Shown: positions 27,157 to 36,970, counted from the stretch's first letter. The stretch: DNA of 64,000 nt from an uncultured virus (IMG/VR IMGVR_UViG_3300017782_006724) (IMGVR_UViG_3300017782_006724), one strand, 5' to 3'. The notes: generated by a model from the letters alone, not told the origin. Numbers and translations are program-made.

Positions 27157-27658
27157 AATATATGTTTTAATTTTTGTAATAGGTATTGTAGGTATTGTAG
27201 GTTATGGTGCAAAATATTATTATGATACTACACAGGCTACAATAGCAACATTACGTGAAAATAATGCTCAACTAGAAGTCGCTGTACAAACTGCAACGGC
27301 AAGTTTGGAAACAATCCAAGCAGACGTAGCTAAAATGGCCGCGTTAAATAAAGGTTTGCAAGAAGATTTACAAAAGGCAGAGGCATATGGAGATGAACTA
27401 CGAGGTAAATTAAGTAGAATGAACCTAGTGGTTGAGGCATTAAAAGATGCCGCAGATTTAGAAGGAAGAATGAATAATGCAACAGCAGAACTATGGCGTG
27501 AGTTTATGTCGGACACTGGTAATGATATTGGCGGCAAGTCTTCTCTTCCTGAGTGGTTGCAGTCGATTCCAACCGGAACCGAAGATAAAAGTAGTAACCA
27601 AAATAGAGAAGACAACAGTACCAGTAGTAGCAAGACCGAAACCACTACAGTTAACTGA
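27149..27658 (+). CDS. Putative i-spanin (Rz-like)
   Basis: N-terminal TM plus a periplasmic coiled coil; overlapped by a lipoprotein gene. Confidence 0.65.
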   Translation: MIKIYVLIFVIGIVGIVGYGAKYYYDTTQATIATLRENNAQLEVAVQTATASLETIQADVAKMAALNKGLQEDLQKAEAYGDELRGKLSRMNLVVEALKDAADLEGRMNNATAELWREFMSDTGNDIGGKSSLPEWLQSIPTGTEDKSSNQNREDNSTSSSKTETTTVN

Positions 27659-27890
27659 TACTCGTGTACGTGTAGTTACGAGTGATATATTAGACGAATT
27701 TATTAAAGAGTATAAAGAGCAATACGGTGAGGTTGCCTTTGTAGTATTAAGTATGAAAGATTATGAAAATTTGGCTTTGAACATTTCTGATTTAAAAAGA
27801 TTTATAAATCAGCAAACAGATATTATTGTTTATTATGAAAAGGCAGTAAAACCTGAGGAGTCAAAAGATGAACCTAAATCAAGCAAATAA
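27477..27890 (+). CDS. Putative o-spanin (Rz1-like lipoprotein; start may be 27522)
   Basis: Lipobox LSGC, Pro-rich segment, overlaps the i-spanin 3' end in another frame. Confidence 0.65.
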   Translation: MQQQNYGVSLCRTLVMILAASLLFLSGCSRFQPEPKIKVVTKIEKTTVPVVARPKPLQLTDTRVRVVTSDILDEFIKEYKEQYGEVAFVVLSMKDYENLALNISDLKRFINQQTDIIVYYEKAVKPEESKDEPKSSK

Positions 27891-28581
27891 ATTTGCTAAA
27901 ATGGCCAACATTGCCTATAAAGATGAAAAAGAAGCAAAAAAGAAATATAAAAACCTAGATTGGAATAATCATATATTTTTAGAACACAAAGGAGCACAAT
28001 GTCATATTGTCTGGAATAAAGACGATATTGCTTTATGCTTTAGAGGTACTGAACCAGATGAAATGTCAGATGTACTTGCTGATTTAAATGCATTTCCTAA
28101 TAAATCAATGACAGACGGTTGGGTACATGCCGGGTTTAAAGGTGAATTAGATAAATTATGGTCTCATATAGAACCATTGGTGACAAAATATAAAGAGAAA
28201 AAATTATATATTTGTGGTCATTCACTAGGTGCTGCTATGGCTACTATTTGCACATCTCGTATAGAAGAATTTAGAAAGGTTGAAGTTTTATACACCTACG
28301 GATCTCCACGTGCTGGCACAAGATCATTCGTAAAAGGAATTAAAACTCAACATTGGAGATTTGTAAATAATAATGACATTGTTACAAGGGTACCTTTAGC
28401 TCTTATGGGTTATAAACATCATGGCAATCTTTGTTATATAAACCACTATGGTAAAATTAGAAAAATGACTATATGGCAAAGAATAAAGGATAAGATTAGA
28501 GGTTATAGATCTGGATTACTTGACGGAGCAAAAGATCACTCCATGGAAAATTATGTTAATTACACAATTATGGAGGGGTAA
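27868..28581 (+). CDS. Class 3 lipase
   Basis: FRGTE, VH.GF, GHSLGAA nucleophile elbow, YGSPR, DIVTRVP. Confidence 0.9.
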   Translation: MNLNQANKFAKMANIAYKDEKEAKKKYKNLDWNNHIFLEHKGAQCHIVWNKDDIALCFRGTEPDEMSDVLADLNAFPNKSMTDGWVHAGFKGELDKLWSHIEPLVTKYKEKKLYICGHSLGAAMATICTSRIEEFRKVEVLYTYGSPRAGTRSFVKGIKTQHWRFVNNNDIVTRVPLALMGYKHHGNLCYINHYGKIRKMTIWQRIKDKIRGYRSGLLDGAKDHSMENYVNYTIMEG

Positions 28582-28583
28582 AT

Positions 28584-29021
28584 ATGTATGAGTATAAATG
28601 TAAAATACTACGCGTAGTCGATGGTGACACAGTAGACATTGATATCGACTTAGGTTTTGGTATGTGGATGCATAAGGAACGTGTCCGTATGATGGGTATA
28701 GATACTCCTGAATCACGAACACGTGATTTAATAGAAAAGGCATTTGGGCTTGCAAGTAAAGAAAGACTTAAAGAACTTTTACCAATCGGATCGATCCAAA
28801 TTCTCAAAACAGAAATTGATAGAAGTGGAGAGGATAGCAGAGGAAAGTTTGGAAGAGTATTGGGAGACTTTCTCATCAATGAAAAAAGAGCAACTGATAT
28901 TCTTATTGAAGAGGGATATGCTGTAGCATACTTTGGTGGATCAAAAGATGAAGTTGAAGCACAGCACATGGTAAATAGAGATAGATTAATAACTGAAGGA
29001 AAGGTAGTGTTAAATGATTAA
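28584..29021 (+). CDS. Thermonuclease (SNase-like)
   Basis: RVVDGDT, R..GIDTPE, GKFGRVL. Confidence 0.9.
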   Translation: MYEYKCKILRVVDGDTVDIDIDLGFGMWMHKERVRMMGIDTPESRTRDLIEKAFGLASKERLKELLPIGSIQILKTEIDRSGEDSRGKFGRVLGDFLINEKRATDILIEEGYAVAYFGGSKDEVEAQHMVNRDRLITEGKVVLND

Positions 29022-29178
29022 AAAATGGATTAATAATAGAGTTAAAGAACGCACATCTTGGGATAGTACTGCACTTATTATTTTGGGTTTGATGGTACTT
29101 TTTCTAGCCCCTTTAGCAAAAATTGCTGCAGGTATCGCTATAGCTTATGGAGCTTGGACTATCTGGAAGACTGAATAG
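29014..29178 (+). CDS. Small two-TM membrane protein (holin candidate; not in ORF track)
   Basis: MIKKWINNRVKERTSWDSTALIILGLMVLFLAPLAKIAAGIAIAYGAWTIWKTE. Confidence 0.55.
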   Translation: MIKKWINNRVKERTSWDSTALIILGLMVLFLAPLAKIAAGIAIAYGAWTIWKTE

Positions 29179-29181
29179 ATT

Positions 29182-29451
29182 ATGATAGAAAGAATGTTTG
29201 AAGATACTCTGTGGATATACACAGCAATTGGTGGCTCTTTACTTGGAGCCGCATTTTTAGCATATTTTAAAGACACCAGGGCAGGGCTTTGGTGTTATGC
29301 TAAACTAGATCATTTTCTAGACTACCTCGTCGATCGATGGGGACTTACTTGGTTTCAACAACCTACCGATGCATGGAGAAAAAAATATCCATACGTTACC
29401 AAAAAAATAGATGAATTGGAAAACAGAATAAAAAATCTAGAAAAAAGATAA
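29182..29451 (+). CDS. Small membrane protein
   Basis: N-terminal TM, C-terminal coiled coil. Confidence 0.65.
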   Translation: MIERMFEDTLWIYTAIGGSLLGAAFLAYFKDTRAGLWCYAKLDHFLDYLVDRWGLTWFQQPTDAWRKKYPYVTKKIDELENRIKNLEKR

Positions 29452-29459
29452 TTATTTTG

Positions 29460-29488
29460 TTTACATTCCAGTCTATTTGATATATAAT
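29460..29488 (+). promoter_or_regulatory. sigma70-type promoter of nrdAB
   Basis: TTTACA 29460-29465, 17 nt, TATAAT 29483-29488. Confidence 0.7.
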
Positions 29489-29532
29489 ATACCTAACAAA
29501 TTAAAAATTACTTTCGTTCACAGAGGCGCTTA

Positions 29533-31518
29533 ATGACAATTGTACCAAATTTACAAAAAGACAATTTACTGACTGATTATGCAATTGGCATGTTAAAAGA
29601 TTTTTATTTACAAAATAAAGAAAAGTCTCCACAAGAAGCATACGTACGTGCATCAGAGGCCTGGTCTACCTTTAAAGGAAAAATGGATGTTGAACTTGCA
29701 ACACGTCTTTATGATTATGTTAGTAACAAGTGGTTTATGTTTGCTAGTCCTGTTTTATCCAATGCTCCAAATGGCATTAAAAATGGTAAAGGTTTACCTA
29801 TTTCTTGCTTTTTAACTTATGTGCCAGATACACTTGAAGGTTTAATTGAACATTCTTCAGAACTCAGATGGTTATCGGTTATGGGCGGTGGAGTTGGTGG
29901 TCATTGGTCTGATGTAAGAACTACTTCTGATAAAGCTCCTGGTCCACTTCCTTTTTTGCATACAGTTGATGCTGACATGATTGCATACCGTCAAGGTAAA
30001 ACACGAAAAGGTTCCTACGCTGCATATATGGATATATCACATCCAGATATTATTGAATTTCTTAATATGAGAATTCCTACTGGAGATGTACAACGTAAAG
30101 CATTAAATTTACATAACGCAATTAATATTACAGATGATTTTATGGAAGCAGTAAAATCAAATTCGGATTGGAATCTCAAGGATCCATCAAGTAAAGAAAT
30201 TGCTGATACTATGAATGCTCGTAAATTATGGGAACGTATTTTAGAAATAAGGTTCAGAACTGGTGAGCCGTATCTAAACTTTATCGATACAGCTAATAAA
30301 TATCTACCTGAACCACTAAAAGAAAAAGGACTAAAAATTCATGGCTCAAACCTTTGTAACGAAATTCATTTACCTACCAGTGCTGATCGTACTGCGGTAT
30401 GTTGTCTTTCATCTCTCAATCTCGAATATTATGATGAGTGGAAAAATACCACTATTGTCGAAGATATCATCACTATGCTGGACAATGTACTTGAGTATTT
30501 TGTTGAAAATGCGCCAGATTCAATCTCCCGCGCAAAATATTCAGCCGAAAGAGAAAGGTCCATCGGCCTGGGTGCTATGGGGTTCCACTCCCTCCTCCAG
30601 CGTCAGGGAGTGGCATGGGAATCTGAGTTGGCAAGAGAAATCAATGAAGTGGTTTTCGGAACAATCAAAGAAAGAGCAACAAAACAATCGGAAAAATTAG
30701 CAAAAGAAAGAGGAGAATATCCAGATGGTAAAGGTTCTGGTATGCGTAACGCTCATCTGTTGGCTATTGCTCCTAATGCATCTTCCGGAGTAATATTATC
30801 AACCAGTCCGTCCATTGAACCACAAAAAGCTAATGCATATACACATAGAACAAGAGCTGGTTCATTTCTTGTAAAGAATAAATATCTTGTACCGGTTTTA
30901 GAAAAATATGAAATTAATAATGAGACTATCTGGACATCAATTATTACTAATAAAGGTTCAGTTCAGCATATACCTAATCTTACAGAGCAAGAAAAAGCCG
31001 TATTTAAAACGGCTCAGGAACTTGATCAAACATGGGTCGTTGCACATGCAGCGGATAGACAAAAATATATTTGTCAGGGTCAATCAGTTAACTTATTTTT
31101 TCCTTCCGGTGCACAAAAATCCTATGTTAATAAAACACATATTAAGGCATGGGAAGAAGGCCTTAAAGGATTATATTATCTTCGTACAGAGGCAAAACAA
31201 AGAGCAGAAACTGTTTCAGATAAAGTGGAACGAGTTGTACTTGCCGGTGATATGAGAACCATTGTATATGGTAAGGATGATTGTCCTTTCTGTATGAGAG
31301 CAAAAGAAGAATTAGAATTAAGAGGAATTCCATTTGATTATATTAATCTTGTGGAGTTAGGAAAAACTGCAGCAGAAGTTACAGGCAGAGAAGTAAAAAC
31401 AGTGCCACAAATTTATGTGGAAGGAAACTATGTTGGTGGTTATGATGAACTAATGGAACATCTAAATCAACCAATAACAATCGAATCAGGCGATGAATGC
31501 CGAGCATGTGAGGGGTAA
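29533..31518 (+). CDS. nrdA: Class I ribonucleotide reductase alpha subunit with C-terminal glutaredoxin domain
   Basis: ISCF, SNLCNEI, AIAPNASS, KGLYY; Grx CPFC..TVPQI..VGG; terminal ECRACEG. Confidence 0.95.
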   Translation: MTIVPNLQKDNLLTDYAIGMLKDFYLQNKEKSPQEAYVRASEAWSTFKGKMDVELATRLYDYVSNKWFMFASPVLSNAPNGIKNGKGLPISCFLTYVPDTLEGLIEHSSELRWLSVMGGGVGGHWSDVRTTSDKAPGPLPFLHTVDADMIAYRQGKTRKGSYAAYMDISHPDIIEFLNMRIPTGDVQRKALNLHNAINITDDFMEAVKSNSDWNLKDPSSKEIADTMNARKLWERILEIRFRTGEPYLNFIDTANKYLPEPLKEKGLKIHGSNLCNEIHLPTSADRTAVCCLSSLNLEYYDEWKNTTIVEDIITMLDNVLEYFVENAPDSISRAKYSAERERSIGLGAMGFHSLLQRQGVAWESELAREINEVVFGTIKERATKQSEKLAKERGEYPDGKGSGMRNAHLLAIAPNASSGVILSTSPSIEPQKANAYTHRTRAGSFLVKNKYLVPVLEKYEINNETIWTSIITNKGSVQHIPNLTEQEKAVFKTAQELDQTWVVAHAADRQKYICQGQSVNLFFPSGAQKSYVNKTHIKAWEEGLKGLYYLRTEAKQRAETVSDKVERVVLAGDMRTIVYGKDDCPFCMRAKEELELRGIPFDYINLVELGKTAAEVTGREVKTVPQIYVEGNYVGGYDELMEHLNQPITIESGDECRACEG

Positions 31519-31520
31519 AT

Positions 31521-32495
31521 ATGTCACTATTACAACAATCAAAAACTTATAAACCGTTTCTTTATCCATGGGCTGTGGATGTAACAAAGAAACACGAAGA
31601 AATCCACTGGGTTGAAGATGAGGCTGAATTATCAGAAGATATCCAAGATTGGAAAACTAAATTAACTGACACGGAAAAGGAATTTATTACCCAAGTCCTT
31701 AGGTTGTTTACACAATCTGATGTACAAGTTGGAGAAAATTATTACGAATTATTGATTCCTAAATTTAAAAATAATGAAGTGCGTAATATGCTTGGATCTT
31801 TTGCTTGTAGAGAAGCAATCCATCAACGTGCATATGCACTATTAAATGATACACTTGGGTTGCCAGATGAAGAATTCCATGCATTTCTAGAGTATAGTGA
31901 AATGGCAGAAAAAATTGAATTTATGTCAAAAGGTAATAATAGTACACAGATGGGATTAGCTCAAATTATGGCACAATCCGTATTTAATGAAGGTATGTCA
32001 TTGTTTTCCTCATTCGTAATGCTTCTGAACTTTCAACGCTTCGGTAAGATGAAAGGTATGGGTACAATTGTTGAGTGGTCGATCCGAGATGAATCCATGC
32101 ATGTACAAGGTATTGCTAAATTATTCCGTGAGTTCTGTGATGAACATCCACGTATTGTAAATGATGAATTAAAATCAAAAATTTACACTATGGCAAAACA
32201 GGCTGTAAAACTGGAAGATGCATTTATTAAACTTGCTTATAATGGTAGTGAAGAAATGCAAGGACTAAGCAAACAAGAAGTGAGAGATTACATTAGACAT
32301 ATCGCCGATCGAAGGTTGCTTCAACTTGGGTTAAAACCTATTTTTAAGCAAAAAGATAATCCACTTCCATGGCTTGATTGGGTACTTAATGGTGCGTCAC
32401 ATGATAACTTTTTTGAAAAAAGAGTTACCGAATATTCTGTAAATGGAATGGAAGGTGAATGGGGTTGGGACGAACCTTTACCTGAGGTTGCCTAA
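31521..32495 (+). CDS. nrdB: Ribonucleotide reductase beta subunit
   Basis: EAIH..AY, EG..F.SF, RDESMH, NFFEKRVTEY. Confidence 0.95.
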   Translation: MSLLQQSKTYKPFLYPWAVDVTKKHEEIHWVEDEAELSEDIQDWKTKLTDTEKEFITQVLRLFTQSDVQVGENYYELLIPKFKNNEVRNMLGSFACREAIHQRAYALLNDTLGLPDEEFHAFLEYSEMAEKIEFMSKGNNSTQMGLAQIMAQSVFNEGMSLFSSFVMLLNFQRFGKMKGMGTIVEWSIRDESMHVQGIAKLFREFCDEHPRIVNDELKSKIYTMAKQAVKLEDAFIKLAYNGSEEMQGLSKQEVRDYIRHIADRRLLQLGLKPIFKQKDNPLPWLDWVLNGASHDNFFEKRVTEYSVNGMEGEWGWDEPLPEVA

Positions 32496-32647
32496 TGGAT
32501 ACTTACAGAATAGAGTGTCAAGAATGTGAGGAGATATCCCATATTACCTCCTCAGCTGAACCTGAATTCTGTCCTCTATGTGGTAGAAGACCTGGAGTTG
32601 TAGACCTTTCAAAAGATTTAGATGCATTTAATGATAGTTATGATTGA
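32495..32647 (+). CDS. Small zinc-ribbon protein (not in ORF track)
   Basis: CQEC...FCPLCG. Confidence 0.6.
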   Translation: MDTYRIECQECEEISHITSSAEPEFCPLCGRRPGVVDLSKDLDAFNDSYD

Positions 32648-32784
32648 TAGGTATTAAATGCTTAAAGATTTTTGGTTCTATTATAAGGACTTTGGTCCAC
32701 GGTATGGTTGGTTTTGGAGTATTGGTTACTCAATATTTAATGCACGGTATTTTAACAGAGATGGAACGTGGAAAAAGAAAACGT

Positions 32785-33315
32785 ATGAAAATTAAAGATT
32801 ATATAAAAAGCTATGAAAACTTTCCTAAAAAAGGTATAACATTTTATGACACTATTGGATTATGTGCAGAACCTGCAGGATTTCAATTAACTAATAATTT
32901 CATTACAGAAAATTTATTAAAATATACCAGTGAAAGTTACACTGATAAAATCATAGGAATAGATGCAAGAGGTTTTATATTTGCAAGTCCTTTGGCACAT
33001 AATTCGTCTATACCTTTGGTTTTAGCAAGAAAGGAAGGTAAACTTCCTGGACCAGTAATATCAAAAACATATGATTTAGAGTATGGAACATCCACAATAC
33101 AAATACAGAAAAATAGCATTAATAATAAGGACCGTGTAATTATTGTAGATGATCTTTGTGCCACTGGTGGAACAATACAAGCCACTATTGATATTGTTAA
33201 AAGTGTATCAGCTAAGGTTGTGGCAGTCTTGTGTGTTGTCGATTTACCTGAGCTTGGTGGTTCTGCTAAAATAAAAGAAAGAAATATTCCTTTTTATAAC
33301 GCGGTATCATATTAA
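32785..33315 (+). CDS. apt: Adenine phosphoribosyltransferase
   Basis: FPKKGI.F.D, IDARGF, RK.GKLP, LEYG, IVDDLCATGGT. Confidence 0.92.
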   Translation: MKIKDYIKSYENFPKKGITFYDTIGLCAEPAGFQLTNNFITENLLKYTSESYTDKIIGIDARGFIFASPLAHNSSIPLVLARKEGKLPGPVISKTYDLEYGTSTIQIQKNSINNKDRVIIVDDLCATGGTIQATIDIVKSVSAKVVAVLCVVDLPELGGSAKIKERNIPFYNAVSY

Positions 33316-33475
33316 TGGGAGTCGTGAAACCTAGTAAATCTATAATAGACTATATTGATAAAAATGGTCCAATAATGAAGGAAATCCGAAAACCACCAAT
33401 AAAGTTTATTAAATCGCAAAATTACGGTGTACGAAAGCTCTGGGCAAGGTTGAAAGATCAGTAATATATAATTAT

Positions 33476-33904
33476 ATGGTTTGGAAATATAAAGATAAAG
33501 AATACAATAAAACACCAGAGGAATATCAGGGGTTTGTTTATGAAATCAGAGAATTGTCAACAGATAAGAAATATATTGGTAAAAAGAATTTCTGGCGTCC
33601 AAAGATTCTTCCAAAAAATAGTAAACGATCTCGACGTGTTAAAACAAGAGTTGAATCAGACTGGCAAAAATACTACGGATCGAACCAAGAGTTACAATCA
33701 TTGGTTGAGAAAATAGGACCTGATGGATATGAAAGAAAAATTTTGCATCTGTGTAGAACAAAAGGTGAAATGTCCTATATGGAAGCCAAGTTACAGTTTA
33801 TGTTTGATGTTTTATTAAAAGAGGAATATTATAACGAATTTATTGGTTGTAAAATACATTCAAAACATGTTTCCAAATTAAAAGAAACTTTTAAAATTAA
33901 GTGA
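33476..33904 (+). CDS. GIY-YIG-family endonuclease
   Basis: GFVY...KYIGKK, ESDW..YYGS, YYN. Confidence 0.75.
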   Translation: MVWKYKDKEYNKTPEEYQGFVYEIRELSTDKKYIGKKNFWRPKILPKNSKRSRRVKTRVESDWQKYYGSNQELQSLVEKIGPDGYERKILHLCRTKGEMSYMEAKLQFMFDVLLKEEYYNEFIGCKIHSKHVSKLKETFKIK

Positions 33905-33906
33905 GG

Positions 33907-33914
33907 TATAAATA
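33907..33914 (+). promoter_or_regulatory. T4-type late promoter TATAAATA
   Basis: Exact motif, but only 5 nt before the ATG at 33920. Confidence 0.45.
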
Positions 33915-33919
33915 ATATT

Positions 33920-34336
33920 ATGGATTTGTTAATATATGAGGTCTTAGATAAGGCCGGCAAAGCTAGAAAAAAAGAACAAAAAGTTCAAATCCTGGTTGAT
34001 AATGAATCGTGGGCGCTAAAGGATGTTCTCAGAGGCTCTTATGATTCAAAGGTGAGTTGGTTATTACCCGGCGGTGATCCACCATATACTCCTAGCAAAC
34101 CGGAATCAATTCCATCAAATCTTTTTAAGAAAAATATAGATTTTAAATACTTTGTGCACGGCGGAGAAGGAACCAAGTTACCTGCATATAAGCGCGAGGC
34201 TATTTTCATTGGTTTGATTGAAGCTATCCACCCAGAGGATGCCAAAATTGTTATTAGTATGATTAATAAAGAAAAATTTCACGGTATTACTAGAAACATA
34301 ATTGAGGAGGCCTTTCCTGGTTTACTTTTGGACTAA
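33920..34336 (+). CDS. Conserved T4-like phage protein
   Basis: LLP.G.PPY.P, KRE.IFI.LIE.IHP.DA. Confidence 0.75.
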   Translation: MDLLIYEVLDKAGKARKKEQKVQILVDNESWALKDVLRGSYDSKVSWLLPGGDPPYTPSKPESIPSNLFKKNIDFKYFVHGGEGTKLPAYKREAIFIGLIEAIHPEDAKIVISMINKEKFHGITRNIIEEAFPGLLLD

Positions 34337-34368
34337 TAATATCGTAATCAATTATAAAACCCTAACCG

Positions 34369-34399
34369 TGGCGTGTTAAATAAGCACGCCATTTTTTTT
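34369..34399 (+). terminator. Rho-independent terminator
   Basis: TGGCGTGTT-AAATA-AGCACGCCA followed by T8. Confidence 0.8.
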
Positions 34400-34410
34400 G
34401 GAGATTATTA

Positions 34411-34563
34411 ATGACTGCAATACAGCTCAGAAGACTAAAACAAGATTCCCAAGAATTATTAAATTATGCCAACACATTAAAAAGAAAGGGATTACTTGAG
34501 CGTATGAAAAAGATACTTGAGAAACGAGCATTTATTGATAGGAGAATTGCAGAAGTAACATAA
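34411..34563 (+). CDS. Small basic hypothetical protein (not in ORF track)
   Basis: GGAG RBS; MTAIQLRRLKQDS... Confidence 0.5.
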   Translation: MTAIQLRRLKQDSQELLNYANTLKRKGLLERMKKILEKRAFIDRRIAEVT

Positions 34564-34580
34564 ATTAGTTAAATTAGTTG

Positions 34581-34615
34581 TTTACATTACCGTGTTTTTT
34601 TGATATAATAGTACT
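34581..34615 (+). promoter_or_regulatory. Early promoter
   Basis: TTTACA 34581-34586, TATAAT 34604-34609, AGTACTA. Confidence 0.8.
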
Positions 34616-34636
34616 AACAAATCGGAAAGGCACGGT

Positions 34637-35239
34637 ATGAACATATTTATTCTCGATACAGATCCAGCAATTGCTGCACAAATGATGTGCGATAAACATA
34701 TACCTAAAATGATTGTTGAATCTGCACAAATGCTATCAACGGCCCATCGAATGCTTGATGGCGAAAAAACAACCAGGCGTTCCAAATCTGGTAAACGTAT
34801 GGTTCCATATTATGATTTGTCTGATATTGATTATGAGGCAGAACTAATTTATATGAAGGCAGTTCATTTTGGACATCCTTGTACCAAATGGACTATGGAA
34901 TCATCGGCAAATTACGAATGGCATTGGGAACATTTATATGCCCTTTGTAAAGAATATACATATAGGTATGCAACTGAAAAGGAACCTTACAAAAATACTA
35001 AGGTGGAACGTGAGAGATTGTGGTACTTAAAATCATTACCTACAAATATTCCAAAAACAAAAATGACTCCATTTGCTCAAGCAATGAATCATTACCCTAT
35101 GTGTAAACATACGGATCCAATTCAAGCATACAGAAATTATTATCATGCTGCAAAACCTTTTGCTAAATGGCAAAAAGGCAGAGTAGCTCCATATTGGTGG
35201 GAGGGATTTAAAGGTGCCGACGTATACGCTGCGAAGTAA
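34637..35239 (+). CDS. Pyrimidine-dimer DNA glycosylase/DenV-related protein
   Basis: MNIF.LD.DP..AA...CDKH..KM..E..QMLSTAH, HPCT.W. Confidence 0.75.
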   Translation: MNIFILDTDPAIAAQMMCDKHIPKMIVESAQMLSTAHRMLDGEKTTRRSKSGKRMVPYYDLSDIDYEAELIYMKAVHFGHPCTKWTMESSANYEWHWEHLYALCKEYTYRYATEKEPYKNTKVERERLWYLKSLPTNIPKTKMTPFAQAMNHYPMCKHTDPIQAYRNYYHAAKPFAKWQKGRVAPYWWEGFKGADVYAAK

Positions 35240-35438
35240 AAAAACTGGAAAAACATGGGAAGTGTTTTGTCCACATGAGGAAATGATAGAAAAATTATCT
35301 GATGATGTTGAACGAGTTTTAAGCACTGCATCTTTTATTACAATGGCTGGTGGTACTCTAAGTAGAACACCCTCAGATTACAGAGATAATTTAAAACGCA
35401 TTAAAAAGGGCCATCCAGGAAGTACTATTAAAACATGA
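35214..35438 (+). CDS. Small FmdB-like protein
   Basis: MPTY..., L.RIKK.HPGSTI; upstream of phoH as is usual in T4-like phages. Confidence 0.6.
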   Translation: MPTYTLRSKKTGKTWEVFCPHEEMIEKLSDDVERVLSTASFITMAGGTLSRTPSDYRDNLKRIKKGHPGSTIKT

Positions 35439-36112
35439 GTGGATCAAAAGTTAAATATGAAGAATTGTCTGAAATTAACCCACTAACCAATAATCAGGAA
35501 AAAGCATTTAGTGCCTGGGACGAAGGTGAAAATTTAATTTTAACCGGATCGGCAGGTACTGGTAAAACATTTTTGGCTTTATACTTGGCATTAGAGCAAA
35601 TATTGGAACGCGGTGGATCATATGATAAAATTGTCATTATAAGGTCAATAGTGCCTGTTAGGGAAATGGGATATTTACCGGGAAAATTGGAAGAGAAAAT
35701 AGAACCATTTGCAGTACCATACCAGGCAATATGTGAGGAACTATTTGAGGATAAGGCAGCATATAATAAATTAATAAATGGTAATCAAATACAATTTGAA
35801 ACAACCTCATTCATTAGAGGTAAAACATTTGATAGGACAATTATTATTGTTGATGAGATGCAAAATTTAAATTTCCATGAATTGGATTCGGTCATGACTA
35901 GAATGGGTGAACATAGTAAAATTATATTCTGTGGTGATTATCTACAAACTGACTTTAGGTTTGATGATGAAAAAGGTGGATTATACAAGTTTATGAATAT
36001 TATGGAAAGAATGAAATATTTTACAACCATTCAATTTGGTTGGGACGATATTGTTAGATCGGGTATTGTTCGCGATTACATAATGACAAAAGAAATGATG
36101 GGAATACATTAG
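35435..36112 (+). CDS. phoH: PhoH-family ATPase
   Basis: GSAGTGKT, GYLPG, RGKTF, DEMQN, GD..QTD, DIVRSG. Confidence 0.95.
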   Translation: MSGSKVKYEELSEINPLTNNQEKAFSAWDEGENLILTGSAGTGKTFLALYLALEQILERGGSYDKIVIIRSIVPVREMGYLPGKLEEKIEPFAVPYQAICEELFEDKAAYNKLINGNQIQFETTSFIRGKTFDRTIIIVDEMQNLNFHELDSVMTRMGEHSKIIFCGDYLQTDFRFDDEKGGLYKFMNIMERMKYFTTIQFGWDDIVRSGIVRDYIMTKEMMGIH

Positions 36113-36115
36113 GGG

Positions 36116-36144
36116 TTTACATTGCTGATAAAGTGTGATATAAT
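36116..36144 (+). promoter_or_regulatory. Early promoter
   Basis: TTTACA 36116-36121, TATAAT 36139-36144. Confidence 0.8.
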
Positions 36145-36173
36145 ATACTATATAATTAAAAAGGACTATATAA

Positions 36174-36845
36174 ATGGAATTTATACATGAAAAAATCGAT
36201 ATTGGTTATAAAAGCTTGGATCGTATTGAACACACAGATGGCAGGCGCTATGTTACTCTTGATGGTAATGCTTATCCTTCTGTTACTACAATACTAAGTC
36301 TTGTAAACAAAGAAAAAATTATGGAGTGGCGTAACAGAGTTGGTGCTGAAAAGGCAGATGCCATTTCACATAAGGCAGCAACCAGAGGTACTCATGTACA
36401 TTCCATAATTGAAAAATATGTTAACAATGAAGATACCTCTGATTTTTTACCACACATTAAACAATCCCTCGAAAACTTAAAACCACTTATTGATAAACAC
36501 GTCACTAAGGTTTTTGGTACTGAGGTTCCACTATATAGTAACCACTTACAGGCGGCAGGTACCTGTGATGCTGTAGTTGAATGGGATGGAATTCCTACCA
36601 TCGTTGATTGGAAAACATCACGCAGACCTAAAAAGAAAAAAGACATTGGTAATTACTTTATGCAATTGGCAGCATATGCTGTTATGTGGGAGGAAAGAAG
36701 TGGAATGCCATGTAATGCCACCAGAATTGTAATGGATGTTGATGATTTCCATCCAGTAATGTATAAAGAAACTCGTGATGCCCATATTGATGAGTTTATT
36801 AAGTGGCGAGATGAATATAATAAACGTTTAATGTTCCACGGATAA
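36174..36845 (+). CDS. PD-(D/E)xK exonuclease
   Basis: YPSVTTIL, RGT.VH, AGTCD..IVDWKTS, Q..AYA. Confidence 0.85.
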   Translation: MEFIHEKIDIGYKSLDRIEHTDGRRYVTLDGNAYPSVTTILSLVNKEKIMEWRNRVGAEKADAISHKAATRGTHVHSIIEKYVNNEDTSDFLPHIKQSLENLKPLIDKHVTKVFGTEVPLYSNHLQAAGTCDAVVEWDGIPTIVDWKTSRRPKKKKDIGNYFMQLAAYAVMWEERSGMPCNATRIVMDVDDFHPVMYKETRDAHIDEFIKWRDEYNKRLMFHG

Positions 36846-36969
36846 AACTTTTTTAAACTATTTTCCTAAGTGATTGTTTTTATTACATTATTTTTTTAAA
36901 TTAATTGAAAAAAACACTTTACAAGTGCGATTTTATGTGATATAATAGTACTATAAAATGATAAAGGAA
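36842..36969 (+). promoter_or_regulatory. Early promoter cassette, long form (copy 2 of the 1753-1880 repeat)
   Basis: TTTACA 36918-36923, TATAAT 36941-36946. Confidence 0.9.
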
Positions 36970-36970
36970 A

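Noticed and set aside
32644..32784. Long N-terminal extension of APRT
   Set aside because: APRT homology begins at the ATG at 32785; the upstream region holds a separate small ORF in another frame.
33476..33904. Mobile homing endonuclease or intron
   Set aside because: Catalytic domain only, free-standing, with no interrupted neighbouring gene; nrdA and nrdB are uninterrupted.
36174..36845. Cas4/CRISPR adaptation gene
   Set aside because: No Fe-S cysteine cluster and no array; it is a standard phoH-linked T4-like exonuclease.
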